DNA from: Balamuthia mandrillaris
Lineage: Eukaryota
DNA length: 64,000 nt
NCBI GenBank assembly: GCA_031835245.2
Contig: JAVKOQ020000109.1
Coordinates: 62,001-126,000, forward strand
Reading direction: 5' to 3'
Positions 51,405 through 64,000 of the stretch are shown in pieces (the stretch's first letter is position 1; each line of letters opens with the position of its first letter). The position numbers were made by a program, and so were the translations under genes. The notes under the pieces are model-generated. The model saw only the letters and a program-made list of their open reading frames with translations, was not told the DNA's origin and ran no database searches.

Positions 51405-52968
51405 ATGGATTTGAAGGCCAACCGCTACTCCATGGTGGCACGCCTGGCGCCCGACAGCTTCCTGCTGGCCGGAGAACAGGTGGTCCACTGCAGTAAAGTC
51501 TCCCGCAAGCAGGTCATGAAGGGCCTTCTCCGCGGTTTGTTGGACGTTGCCCCTCATTCTCCTGCCAGTACTTCTCAAACATCCTCTCCTCCTTCTCTCT
51601 CTGTTCCGTCTTCCTCTTCTCCCTCTTCTTCTGCTCCTTCTTCCCATTCTTCCTCACCAGCTGCTTCTCGTGCTGCCACTACCACCTCTGCGCCAACATC
51701 TACGTCTGCCTCCTCCTCTTCTCTTGATGAACAAAGCACAAGCTCTGATACTCTGACGAATGGAACGCTTGTGGTCACCAACTTTCGACTTGTCTTTCTC
51801 TGCGACGAACCTTCTGTCACTGTAATTCTTTTCTTTTCCCCCTCTGTTCTCTTGTTCTCATCTTCTTCTTGTTCTCTGCTTTAGTCTTCTCTCTCTTCTC
51901 TCTCTTCTGTTGTTCACTTCCCTTCTTTCTCATTATTGTGCTCTTCTTCGTTACAACGAGCAGTTATTGCACCAACAAAAGAAGCTTCACCCGGTGAAGG
52001 ATGTGACGGTGGCCCTCGGCGCCATCTTTAGAGTACAAAAGAAGCGAAAGACTCGCACGATACGGCTTTTCTGCAAGGACATCCGCAAGCTGGAGTTCTT
52101 GCTGTTGGAGAACGACAGCATGGCAAAGAAGCGGTTGGACAAGATCTACGAGACCATCCGTATCTATGCCTTTCCTGGCATCACCAAAAACCTTTTTGCT
52201 TTCGACTTTGAGCTACCGGATGTTGCGCTCCTTGAGCAAGCGTTGCTTAAACTCAATGTTGATCATTCTCACCTTCTCTCTTCCTCCTCTCCTTCTTCCA
52301 CGACACCTGGGTATCTATATTCCTCTTTCCTTTTCCTTTTCCTTTTCCTTTTCTTTTCTGTTTTACTTATTCCAATCAAAAACTTCAACGAGAAGGCAAC
52401 AAGACTATGTAAGAGATGACTTGGCGCGGTTGGGCGTACCAAATGATAAATGGCGGCTATGCGACGTCAACAGCAACTACGCCATTAGCGACACTTATCC
52501 CTCTCTCTTTGCTGTACCTGCTTCTGTCTCGGACAACGTCATCATCGAGGTTTCTTCTCGTTCTTCTGATTCTTGTTTTTCTTTCTCTTCTTCTTTCCAC
52601 CTTTAGCTTCGAAAATTCTCACAAAAAACCAAACAAAAGGCAGCGACCTTTCGAAGCAAAGGAAGACTTCCGATACTGTCATGGATACATCCCTCCAACT
52701 CTGCAACCATCACTCGCAGCAGCCAACCTCTAGTTGGCATGAAGAACCATCGCAGTAAAGCCGACGAGAAGCTGATTCGCAACATCGCGACCAGTAATTC
52801 TACCTCTCGATCTCTGTGTATATTAGATGCCCGGCCCAAAGTCAACGCCGCTGCAAATAAGGCCAAAGGAGCTGGTTATGAGCATGCCTCTACGTACAAT
52901 AATAGTAACCACACTGCTAGTGATTGTCAAGAAGAACTTTCAAACATCAAAGAAGGTATGTTCACTCT

Positions 52969-53003
<35 letters not shown>

Positions 53004-55470
53004 CCTCCCTCTCTCCCTCTCCCTTTTTTTCCTCGTTATTTGTACGTTACTGACTTCTTTGAAAGAAGTTTTACCAGCTGGAGCAAAGCAGATGGTAAGC
53101 GCGGTGGAGTTTTTGGGCATTGACAATATTCACGTCATGAGAGAGAGTGAACGCAAGTTGCGAGAATTATGCGTGAACTCTTCCAGCGAAGACAGGGTAC
53201 TCTTTTCTGTTCTCTTCTTACTTCCTTTGCAAATGGTCTAATATGTTGCCTACAACAAAAGGGTTGGTTCTCTGACTTGGAAAACACGCGATGGTTGGAC
53301 CATATCAACCTGCTCTTAGTTTGTACAAAGAAAATCGTGGAGAACATTCAAAATGGCGTTTCTGTCTTTGTACATTGTTCCGATGGATGGTAACATTTCT
53401 TATGTTCCTTTACTGTACCCTAACGCTTTATTTTTATTGTGCATTCATTTTTTTTCTGTTATCTTGTATCACTTTTTGATAATGCGTTCTCCGAATAACA
53501 AACACATCAAACACTAGGGATCGCACCTCACAACTAACGTCGTTGGCAATGTTATGCTTGGATCCATACTACCGAACAATGGAAGGCTTTGCCACTCTAA
53601 TCGAACGAGAATGGCTAGCGACTGGCCACAAGTTTTCTCAACGCTACGGTCATGGCAACAAGGACTATGAGGACAAAGACCGTGCTCCTATATTTCCTCA
53701 GTTTATCGACTGCGTTTGGCAGCTGCAACACCAATTTCCAACCTTGTTCGAATTCAACGAGAACTATTTGCTCAAAGTGTTGGATGGAATGTATTCCTGT
53801 CAGTTTGGAACGTTTCTCTATAACTGCGAGAAGGAGAGAAAGCAAGCCAAAGTGAGAGAACAAACGGTGTCTCTCTGGCAGATGATCCAACTGGAAAACA
53901 AGTACAACCTATTGGCTAATAGCATCGAGGCTAACGGCGGGATGAACAACGTTTCCAATTCTCCGTACATGTTCTTGTTGGACAGCTATAACTTCAACAA
54001 CAACAACCATCACAACTTTTATTTCAATGAGCACTATGACCGCACGCAATCGGGCCAAGTAGTTAGCACTCCGATGGTCGGATTGAAGAACGTGAAATTG
54101 TGGAACTCTTACTTTCTTCGTTTCTGCCAAAACGTTCGAGGCATTAATTCCTCGTTTCTTTCTTCTGGAGAACATTCAGCAAGTGCTACTTCTGGACAAG
54201 GACCGAGCCTTCAAACCATTCGCAACATCAGAGCATCGCAAGGTCCTTCTGCTTTCGCGGTACCTTCTGTTCTGTCTCCTCGCGACAAGATAACCGCTTC
54301 TGCATTTGCTTCTCATCGTCTTTCCAAAGAAGTGAGCAGCATGAATAATGTGGAAGAGCTGAAAGCCCTAGTTCGAACGTTGCAAGAAGAGCACGAGGAA
54401 AGTATTCAACTAATCACACAACGAGCAGACGCTTCGATCGAGCTGTTAAAGAAACAAAAGAACGAAACTCTACAAAAATATTTATTGATGAACAGCTTCA
54501 TCGCAGAGGAACGGAAGAAAATCAAGTTCTTGCGGTCGTTGCTTGACAAACACGGCATCTCTTTCTCCAAAGAGGACTTTCAGAGCTGGACCCAAGAGAA
54601 CGAGGATGGTGTGGACTGCGATGAAGAAGAAGGCGATTGGTTTGACTTTATTGGCAGTGTAGAGGAGGAAGAAGACGAGGAGACGGACGAGACAGACGAG
54701 GAAACCGACACGGGCAATGACACCGAAGACGAAATCATCAGCCAGGTCAGAAGGCGGAAGAGAGAGATGACTGTCATCAGAAGAGAGTTGGAGCTTTCTC
54801 GCAACAGAAAAGCATCTCCTCCAGATGACTATGCCGAGTTATTAGGAGGAGTTGATGACGTCGGAAGTGGAAGTGGTGGAAGTCGAATAACTCCTACAGC
54901 GCAGTGGCAAGGAGGCAAAGTGGACTCCCCGAGAACCTCGTCTTCGGGTGTAGCCACCAAGAAGAGTAAACCTCCTCTCTTTGTTGCAGGTGCAATGAAT
55001 CATGGCAACGCTGCTGAGCGTGTAGAATTAAGTCTCCGGTACTTCTCCTTCTTATTTTAATATCGTTCCTTCTGACCTTCTGCTTTGCTTCTGGTGTCTC
55101 TTTCTTACATTTTCTTTAAATTTTATCTAACAAAAGACGCCAAGCACCTTCACCAACATCACCAACGAAAACAAACTCATCACCACCGCCAACAACAACT
55201 GGGACCTGGTTAGGAGTAGGTGTGGATGCACGAACAAAGCGGTATTCCACGGATCTTGGTTCCTCCTCTTTAGCCTCTTCTGGCGAGCACCAGTTAAATG
55301 CAGAAGGAGGAGCGTTTAAAGCACCACCGCGAAAGCCTCCTCCTCGGCCTCCGGCCAATGGTACAAGTGAAGGAGAAGGAGGTGGTGCATCGGTGCCGGT
55401 CGTTCCCGCTCCCTCGGCGAAACGAAAGCCACCAGCCCCTCCTCGTCCCAAGAAAGACAACCCTGTTTGA
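51405..55470 (+). CDS. Myotubularin-related PI3P/PI(3,5)P2 phosphatase (active type)
   Basis: [76 protein letters not shown]; coiled coil and Pro-rich C-terminus. Confidence 0.92.
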
Positions 55471-55522
55471 ACCCTTTTTTATTTTTATTTTAACAATACA
55501 AAACTCGTAGCATTCAATTACC

Positions 55523-56618
55523 TCACGTCTCTATGGTCTGTAGCTTTGGCATGGAGTCTTAAGAGGAAATAAAAGGCCTATCAGTCTCACCTCTAAACAA
55601 GACGGATGATTGAAAAGTTACCAAATTGGAAACGTGAAAGGTTGGTAATGCAGTTAAAGGATAGCCTTAGTGTTTGTAAGTTTGTCAGGCTGGTGATTGT
55701 GTTTGGCAGGTCCGAAAGGGCATTGTGGCTCACGTCCAAGTGAACGAGTGCAGCTAATGTGCCAATACTGTTGTAAAAAGAAGTAATGGAGGTGGAGGAG
55801 CAGGAGGACAGGTTAGTTGAGTGAGGAAGTAATACTTAAAGAAAGTACATACTCATCAGGCAAATAGACAAGCCTGTTAAATGAAACGTTTAGACACTGG
55901 AGCTCTGTTAGGTATCTGATTTCTGCTGGGACTTCCTCTAACCTGTTGTGGCTATAGTCGAGGATGGTGATATTGCTGAACTTTGTGAGAATATTGGTGT
56001 TGATGAAGGACTGCCGCCTCCCGCTCAAGTCCAACACTGTTGCAGTTCCATTCAATAACTTCCATCGAGCAGAAGAAGCGAGAAAGAATGTTTGAGAAAA
56101 TATTAGTATAAACGATTTTTGTTTCAACGACGCAAAAGACTTACGCATTTAAACTTGGCATTGCTGTCGAGAATCTTGTCCACCTCTAGCAGGTAGGGCT
56201 TTGCCTTCCGTATCTTAACCTTCCCTGGCTCGGTCAAATGGAGCCTTTGGATGAAAACGTTGTTGTAGAGACAAGTGACCAGGTGACGAACCCCTTTGCG
56301 ACTAAGGCCAATGTCAACGAGCGCCAAGGCTGTGAGTGTCCTGTTCCTTTCCAACATGCGAGCCAAGGGGATTATACCATCGTCCCCGATTTTTCTGTTG
56401 GCGCAAAGCCGAAGCTCCACGACGGTGTTGTTGCCGTTGAAGGCTTCGGCCAGTTCCCTGGTGGCTGTTGCATCGAGGTGTTGGTTGGAGAGGTCGACGT
56501 AAGGGATACGGTTTTGTCGGATGAGTTCCAACGTTTCCTCAAAGGAAGGTGGCCATTGGGAGAGGTTGTTCGATGACGATCCAGCTGTAATGCTGCTATT
56601 ACCATTCGGAGCCTCCAT
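55523..56618 (-). CDS. Leucine-rich repeat protein (RI-like LRRs followed by typical LRRs)
   Basis: NNTVVELRLCAN.KIGDDG..LA.ML..N.TL..L.L; LDYSHNRLEEVPAEI, LNVSFNRLVYLP, LDVSHNALSDLP. 3' end uncertain. Confidence 0.75.
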
Positions 56619-57469
56619 GCCTTACCTGTATGTTTGTTCTTCTTGTTTTTGTCGTTTATTTATCGTTGGTGGTGGAAAAGCTTCTCGTGGTTGTTGTTGT
56701 TGTGGGAAAAGTTGTGCCCCGACAAAATGGCACCACGCGTCTTTGTGGTTGCCTGGAAGCAGTTCGGGTGATAGCGTGGAAGGACGATCTCATCTTTTCC
56801 ATGTATTTAAATGAAGATGGAGGCGTGAACTAAACGTTCATTGTCGCAGCACCATTTAGTGTCCCGTCTCTCAGGTGGCTCGTCCCCTGACTCCCTGCGG
56901 CGGCCATTCTCCGTTGCTGCAAGGCTTCCCCAAAGAATTAATTACCCTTGAATGTACGAAATTTCTTTATTTGTAGACAAATTTGCTTTTTATCTGGTTT
57001 ATCGACGGCGTAACTGCCAAGTACAAAGTCTGTCCAAGTAGAATTGCGCGGTAGGCAAAAAATAGCCGGCTCTCACCACGGCCTCATCAATTCCCCACCC
57101 CCTGAAGAAATTTCGTTTTGCACAACAAGAAGAACCACCAAACAAAAAGAGCAGCGCGCCTTCTCTCCCTCCCGAATTATTCTTCAATGCGGGTTGTGGG
57201 GTGGTGAGGGTGGAACCAACAACAACAACAACCTTGCAACAACGTCCAACATCTGTTGTTGTTGTTGTTGTTGTTCGAAGGAGGAGGAGGAGGAGGAGCC
57301 CCCAACTGCTGCCCCTCAAGTACGAATATTAGTTAACCCCCACCGAGCAAGTTGTAAGGAGCGACGACGAGGAACAGACAGAGGGACCTGTCGACACGCC
57401 CAGCAAGTGCGAAGCGGAGGGGGCGCAGAAGGCGCGGCGGGGAGCGAACAGAAAAAGCGCGGAAAACAA

Positions 57470-60400
57470 ATGGAAGAAGGACGGACAGAAACAGGGCTGC
57501 CCCCAAGCAACTGCCCCTCCAGCGGCGCCGCCACCCCCACAGCGGCAGGTGCTGCTGCTGCTGCTGGTGCTTGTGATTGTGGTGGTGATAGAGCAAGTGG
57601 TGGTGGTGACAAGACAGAGACGTTGCAGCAGGCTGACAGCAGCGGGAATTGTTGCTGCTGCTGTTGTTCCTCTTCTCCCGCTGCAGCCGCGCAAGACAAG
57701 AAGGAAGGGAAACGTGCTCCTGAAAAACAGGGGAAAGAGCAGCTGCTTCAAGAGTTTGACCATAACGCAAAAACAGCTGAAACAGAAGAAGAAAGAACTG
57801 TTGGCACGGATATTCTTTCAAAGGAGAACAAAGAAGAGGAGGAGGAGGAGGAGGAACGAGGGGAAGAGGGAGAAGAGGAGGCGTTGCTTGATCGTCAGCT
57901 ATCATTGCTGGCGATCAGCACTTACCAAGCGCAAAGCGAGAACGAGCTCAGCATAGAACCTGGCCAGGCTGTTTTGCTTTTGCAAGTTCTACGAGGAGAA
58001 GACGGAGAAGGAGGAGAAGGAGGAGAGGAAGATAGAGACGGATCAGAGAACAAGAAAGAAGAAAGGGCACAAGCAGAAGGAGAGCGGACAACACACGCAG
58101 AAGAAATGAAAACGAGACAAGAACGAGCAGTGAGAACAGAAAGCTTGTTCATCAAAAAGAAGAAAGGGTTGAAAGGATGGTGGGGCTACGGTTCTAGTCG
58201 CGGCAAAACAGGAATTTTTCCTATTGCTTGCGTTGAAATGGAAGAGCACGAGAAGTATGCTCTCGAAGAGCAGTTGCGGAAAGGTACTTCTTCCTCCCTC
58301 ATATCTACTGTTCGCTTCTATTTTGCTCCATTAGATATTTTTTTTTTGCTTCCCTCTCTTCCTCTTTCTCGTTGTACTCTGCTTCTCTGTCTTCTTTATT
58401 TCTATTTGCTTCCCTCGTATTCATCTCTCCTCCTCGCTTCCTCTCTTTTTGTCTTCTATTCTGAGTACTGTTAGAAGCAGAGATGGACGAGATTGAGGCC
58501 AGACGGAAAGGCAAACACAGGTACCATAAATCCTGCGCTATCACAACCACAACCTCAACAACTGTTGTGATGAAGCCATACAACCGGCAAATAAAAGATA
58601 AAGATGAACGTATTGTACGGAAGAAAAAACAGCGGACGGCACTCTACCTGGACTTTCTAAAGTCCAAACAAGAGCTTAGTGGGCATTCGAAGTATGGAGA
58701 ACGTCCTCCTCTCTGTATCATTGACGACGACGATTATTACGAAGATGACGATGAGGGCAAAACAACACCATCGCAAGATGAACGCTCTTATGATGATTTC
58801 TATCCCGATGAAGACATAACCGACGAGCAAGGAAAAAAGCAAGGCAACAAGCCATACCAACATCTGAAGCCTCAACAAGCAGTAGATGTAGATGACGGTT
58901 ATGACGAAGATGATGAAGAAGGACCAAGCAAGCTGGTGGGAGCAGAAGAATCGGGAGACTATTCTTTGTTGGAACAAGAAATTGGAGAGGCGCACATACT
59001 AGCACGGAAACAATCAACGGTGGAAAATAAGGCGACAGTTGCGAAAGTGGGTTTGCCTGCTAATGATTCAAAAGGTGGCATAGTTGCTCTTGCCAAAGAG
59101 AGAAACATAAGTAAGGAACATCCTCGTCGTGCTGACTTTGAGAAGATGACGGAACATCTTACACGGCATGATTCATGGTCTGTTATTTCTCAGCGAGAGC
59201 GACGGTACGACATTCTTGCAATTTCTTTACTCTTCATCCAATTTTTTTGTTTGTTTATTTGTTTTTTGTTTGTGTTGAGCGGTGCCTGACCTGCCCAACA
59301 ACAGGTTGATGCAATATCTTCAATTAATGCATTTGAAAGTGAACGAAATGGTGGACCTTGATGAAGAAGTTAAAAAACTTAGGTACTTATACGTTCACTC
59401 TATTCTACATTTCGGAAACTAATTTTATTTATTTATTGAAAAAACTCCAAAGGGCGGATGCTGTGGCTGGAAACAAACAAAAAGGCAGAGAAAACGTTTG
59501 TGTTGAAGACTTTTCAAAACAACAAACAAGTCACCATGAAGAGGAAGAAGAGGATGAAGACAGTCGCTTGACTGTCATTTCGTCGAGCAAACGGTTGAAT
59601 AAAGTTCGCCCCAAGAACGAAAAGCGAAAGCATGGAAAGACGAAAAGTTCCAGACGAGGAGGAGTAGCAGTAGAAGGAAAGCTCGAGTTTGGGAGCAGCA
59701 AGCCAAAGAACGGCAAAGCAAACGACGCGTTAAATATCCCTACACTGGATCTTACAACCGAAACAACCTCCTCTGAACATTCTTCATCCATATTTCAGGA
59801 TTTTGATGATACTGCTGCGATAGAGCTCTTTAATCAAAAGCCAAACAAGGTTTGTTTCACATTGTGTCTATCTTCTCTTTCTTTAGACAACAGAGTTAAC
59901 TTTTTTGCTCTCAAAAAAGGGTATTGACTATATCATTGAACAGGGTATGTGTCGTGATGAGCCCGAACAGATTGCCCTCCTCTTGTTCAATTGTCGCTGT
60001 CTTTCCGACGTTGCAAAAGGGGAATTCTTGGGTGGCAAGTGTGTAACCTCTTTCTCTGTTTCTTAGACATCTCTTTATTAATTCTTCTCCTCAGGTCGAA
60101 ACGAAGCACCGCCACACTGGCAGCCTTTTGTCGGCTACTAGACTTTCGAGACTTGGACTTGGACATCGCCATCCGCAAGTTCCTCTACCGCTTCCGCCTT
60201 CCTGGAGAAGCACAGGAGATTGACCGCATTATGAACGCCTTTGCCGTGGAGTACTTTGCTCAGAATAAGGACAGCCAGCTCTTCAAAACGGCAGATACAG
60301 TCTACGTCTTGGCCTTTGCCGTTATAATGCTCAACACTGATGCCCACAGCCCCCACATCGTCAACAAGATGACGCAGGAGGACTTTGTGAAGAATAACAA

Positions 60401-61471
60401 AGGCATCAACGAGGGGGAGAACCTGCCTAGTTGGTATCTTTGTGACTTGTATCATCGCATCCAATGTAACGAGATAAAGATGGAGGGAGGCTTGGCGTTT
60501 CCGGATGCTATCAAGATGGGATGGCTCTATTGCAAGAGCGATGCTTTTGATATCGCCTCTATCAAAGGTATCTTTTTCGCATTTCCTTTCCTTTTTGCTT
60601 TTCTGTTCTTTTCCAATGTTGTTTCGCTCCCCCCTCTCTCCCTCTCTCCTTCTCTCCCTCTCTCCCTCTCTGTGTATTTCAGTTTTCATGCTCATTTTGT
60701 ACAATTGCAACTGCTAGACAAGACACGGCCTACAAAGGGTCTGTTCTCTCGCAAACGAGCAGGCACCAACAGAAAGGTAGAGTACTATTCACATTCAAGC
60801 ACTAAGCTTGGAAGGAAGAAGCTCAAGTGGCTACCGTTGTGGTTCATCCTTTGTGAACATGGCGCTTTGTATTACTTTGTAGATGTTGGGGTTTGTGCTT
60901 CTTTTTCCTCATTTGTATACTTTGTTTTTGTTTCTGCGCTTCTGATATCTCTATTTTTCCATTCCAAAAGTTGGAACAAGCGGAAGGAAGCATCGATCTT
61001 AGCACTCCACGGTCAGAGTGTGGTGAACCGACACTGGAAGAGATCATCCTCGCCAGCCAACACGACTCCCCCAAAACATCTTCCTGGCTCCAACACAAGT
61101 CTGTATTCAAGTTGCGAATAGAACGCATCACCAGTGGAAGACAACACCAACCGACGTCGCTGCTGCGAAGTCCAAGCAGCACGCGAAGACAACCTTCCTC
61201 GTTGCCGTCCTCACCGCGAAGGCATCCTGTGGGGGAGGTCCTGTTGTCTCCTCGCAGCAAAACGCCGAGGGAGGTTGCAGATCAAGAACGAAGCAGCTCT
61301 TCGGAAGGAGGAAGAGAAGGAGGAGAACGTAAAGCGGCATCGGCATCCTTGTTGGCTTCTGCATCTTCTTCGACGACTTCCTCGGTATTCTTCTTTGCGT
61401 GTGAGAGTGAGACGGAGAAAGAGAAGTGGGTTAAACTCATCAACAGATTTAGTGGCAAGGAGAGAAAGTAG
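57470..61471 (+). CDS. ARF guanine-nucleotide exchange factor: SH3 + Sec7 + PH
   Basis: Sec7 FRLPGEAQEIDRIM (Glu finger) and LAFAVIMLNTDAH; PH KMGWLYCK..WFIL..LYYF..GSIDL..FFACESETEKEKWVKLI; interrupted SH3 near the N-terminus. Confidence 0.88.
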
Positions 61472-61704
61472 CTGTTTAAAAAGTAGTATACTTCCTGTAA
61501 AAACTAAAAACTTCATCAACAAAAACATCTTGTATAAAACAAACAATAGCAAACAACAGCTTATAAATAAAATTAAAAAATACTACCTCTTGAAAAAAAA
61601 AAACAAATCAACTTCAATCGGATTGTCTCCACCTTTGATGCATCAAGCAAGGCAAGAAAATGGGGGAGGGTTTCCGTTCGGCAACATAAAAGTGTTCTCT
61701 CTGT

Positions 61705-62313
61705 TTAAGCAACGGTCTTGGAGGAAGAGGCAACAGGGCGGTAGACAGTAGGAGGATTAGGGATGTGGTAGAGCTCCTGCTGTTGGGGGAAGTAGTGGAT
61801 GGGGCCGTGGGGTTGCACATTTTGACCACCTCCAGGCTGCTGGTTTACAACGACGACCTTGGTGGCGCGGCGAGAGTGGACGCAGCAGAGGCACAACATG
61901 ATGGCGGCCAACACAAAGAGGCAGGCAAAGAAGCCCATCAAGGAGAACAAGACCATGAAGACCACGCCGGCAGCTTCCTCGGTGGTCAGGGAGGCGCATT
62001 GAGAGGAGTAGTAGTCCCACTCGCCGCAGAAGCCGGCGTTGGGGCCTGAGCTGGTGCCGGGCTCGCAAGCCCCTTTGCTTTTGCACCAACCGCAGCCGGC
62101 CTCCGCCACGCAGCCAGAACAGCTCCAATAATTGTCACAGATCTGACCTGAAAGGAAGTAAAGGAAGTTACAAAGTTAAAGGAGAGTAAGGACGACAAAC
62201 AGGGGGAGAGGAGAGAGAAAGAGAGAGAAGGCATCATAAGAAGAACTGGTACCGAGGGCAGATGAGCAAAGAAGGGCCAAAACGCCAACAAACAGAAGAG
62301 AGGTGGTCGACAT
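61705..62313 (-). CDS. Single-pass membrane protein with PSI (plexin repeat) domain, PTTG1IP-like architecture
   Basis: Signal peptide | CDNYWSCSGCVAEAGCGWC...C...C.EW....C; transmembrane segment followed by CLCC; short cytosolic tail. Confidence 0.8.
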
Positions 62314-62734
62314 GTTTTTTTGTGGGTTATTGTTACGAAAGAAAAAGCAACTGGGGCCTTTGAAAAAAAATTGGTGAAAAAAAAAGGCGAAGGAGAAGAA
62401 AGTTCCTTTTTTTCTGGGTGGCCACCTGACCTCCTTTCCCAAAATTAATAAATAAAAAGGAGAGAGTTGGCCGAACGGTGAACGGTGTTGAGGCGCATGG
62501 CGCGTTGCTCAAGCGAGCCCAGGAATGCTTGTCAGCTTTTTTACTCAGCAACAAATGGTCCGTAACCAGCGGCCACAACAACGCTGAACTAAACTTCTCC
62601 CAGCGCAAAATGCAACAGAAGGGCTGCCAACTAGGAAGTGCAGCTTCCAACTTCTTCTCACTATCTCGCCCGGGCGCTTTTTCTCATTCCACCCCTCTCT
62701 CCGCATTCCCCTCTCTTCGCTCCTCTTTCTCTTT

Positions 62735-62777
<43 letters not shown>

Positions 62778-64000
62778 GTTGCTCTCTCCTCTCTCTGTCT
62801 TACTGTCGACATTTTGTTCGTCCCATAAACATACGGCAAACTCTTGGGCCGTATAAAACACGGCAAGAGGGAGCGTAGGTGGGTTTAGCACGGTCCTTGA
62901 GGCTGACCCCTAGTGACAAATTGTGTCTCGCCCCTACCTCTTTTTCTTTTGTCTGTTAAGCTTCTCCTTATTTTTCTTTTGCGGACGTTTATTTGCAGCA
63001 TGCTGCGATAGACGGACGATGTACAAGAAAAAAAAAGGGAGAAGCCAGCCGAAAGAAAAATACAACGGGAGAGGTGTAGACTGCAAGAGCTCACAAAGGA
63101 ACCCAAAAACACATATTGGCGGACGTGGGGGTCATCAGGGTCATTACCGCGCAAGAGCAGTGCCACGGACTATCCCTTTTGCTTATGGGGTTGACCTGAC
63201 GTTGTATGCTTGTTGGGTCACAATGCGGTGAAAGGGACAATCAACCTTGAAAAACCTAACGAAAGAAAAACAACAACAAAAGGACAACACTAAAATACAA
63301 CATGATGAAATTGGTCAAAGCGACCACAAACACTCAAAGAATAAAAAGGTAAAAGAACAGATACATGGTGATCAGGGATACCATCTACGGTTTATTGCTA
63401 ATAACGCAATTCTCCAGTCAACCCCCTTTCTTTAGTTTTCCTTGCATTTTTAGCATCGAAGATAAGCTTGCCCGCACAGCAAAGTTGCTGTGCAATAAAA
63501 GTAGTTCATCCATTTTAAGGGCGAGGCAACCTTTTACTCAAAACAGTAAAAGAGGACCAACGGCTCATTCATTCTTGAACTGCCAATCCCAACAACTCCA
63601 CACCTCCTGTCCGTTGTACTGTGGTTGGCCGAGCCTTTCGGTGCCCCGTCAACCCGTCAAGTCAAGCCATAACAATTCCCCAGCTAACCAATGAGGAGAC
63701 CCGCTCTCCACGAATTTCCTTCGTTTTGACCGCCGATTCACCCCGTATTTTCCTGCACAGAGCTGAACGGGGCATTCCCAACCCTGCATTCCAAACATTC
63801 CTCGCCAAATCAGGGAAACCTGTCCATTTTAGGGTTGCAAAAACGCCAAACGGCACCGGTACATCTCATCGCGGGGGTGGAATTCATCGATCCGTGCTTC
63901 CAATTTTTTTTGTCAAGTCTCTGCTCCCTGCGACTATTTTTAATGGAGCCGGCCACCGCCCTTTTATTTCATTGGCATAATTCGACGTCAAAGGAGCAAG

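Noticed and set aside
55510..55560. Possible frameshift or pseudogenisation at the LRR gene 3' end
   Set aside because: A plausible spliced ending (DSMPKLQTIET*) exists; it cannot be resolved without transcripts.
60568..60718. GTATCTTT donor as a U12-type intron
   Set aside because: Imperfect match to GTATCCTT and no TCCTTAAC-like branch site.
62400..64000. Gene-free end region with a hairpin (GCACAGCAA/TTGCTGTGC at 63474-63493) as a mobile element or ncRNA
   Set aside because: No transposase or reverse transcriptase motifs, terminal repeats or recognisable RNA boxes; a single short hairpin is expected by chance.

Overview
Gene-dense, intron-rich eukaryotic nuclear DNA with short GT-AG introns and many intronic (CT)n tracts. 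The style and gene families suggest a free-living amoebozoan such as Balamuthia or Acanthamoeba; this is inference only. By splicing exons by hand I support about 25 protein-coding genes: RRP1, long-chain acyl-CoA synthetase, a BTB-ankyrin protein, a cathepsin, ALDH3, PTEN, a LicD-family protein, dienelactone hydrolase, a dual-specificity phosphatase, an OGFr-domain protein, a cytochrome b5/b5-reductase fusion, mitochondrial C1-THF synthase, myotubularin, an LRR protein, an SH3-Sec7-PH ARF-GEF, a PSI membrane protein and others. Highlights: (1) a single spliced ORF fusing an MJ1316 RNA-end-recognition domain, an NMNAT/NadD-like nucleotidyltransferase and an intact-looking TKL kinase, a candidate RNA-damage sensing/signalling protein; (2) a box C/D snoRNA inside the intron of an apparently non-coding host transcript; (3) two histone-fold-like half modules in the acidic linker of RRP1; (4) a J-domain split by about 270 aa in a J-FN3-ankyrin-F-box-MYND protein; (5) small spliced genes missed or only partly seen by the ORF track, including an ATP synthase subunit i/j homologue; (6) intronless giant-virus-type GCPW ankyrin genes and two secreted Tyr-Asp-Gly repeat proteins. 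Exon boundaries are manual predictions and no database searches were run.
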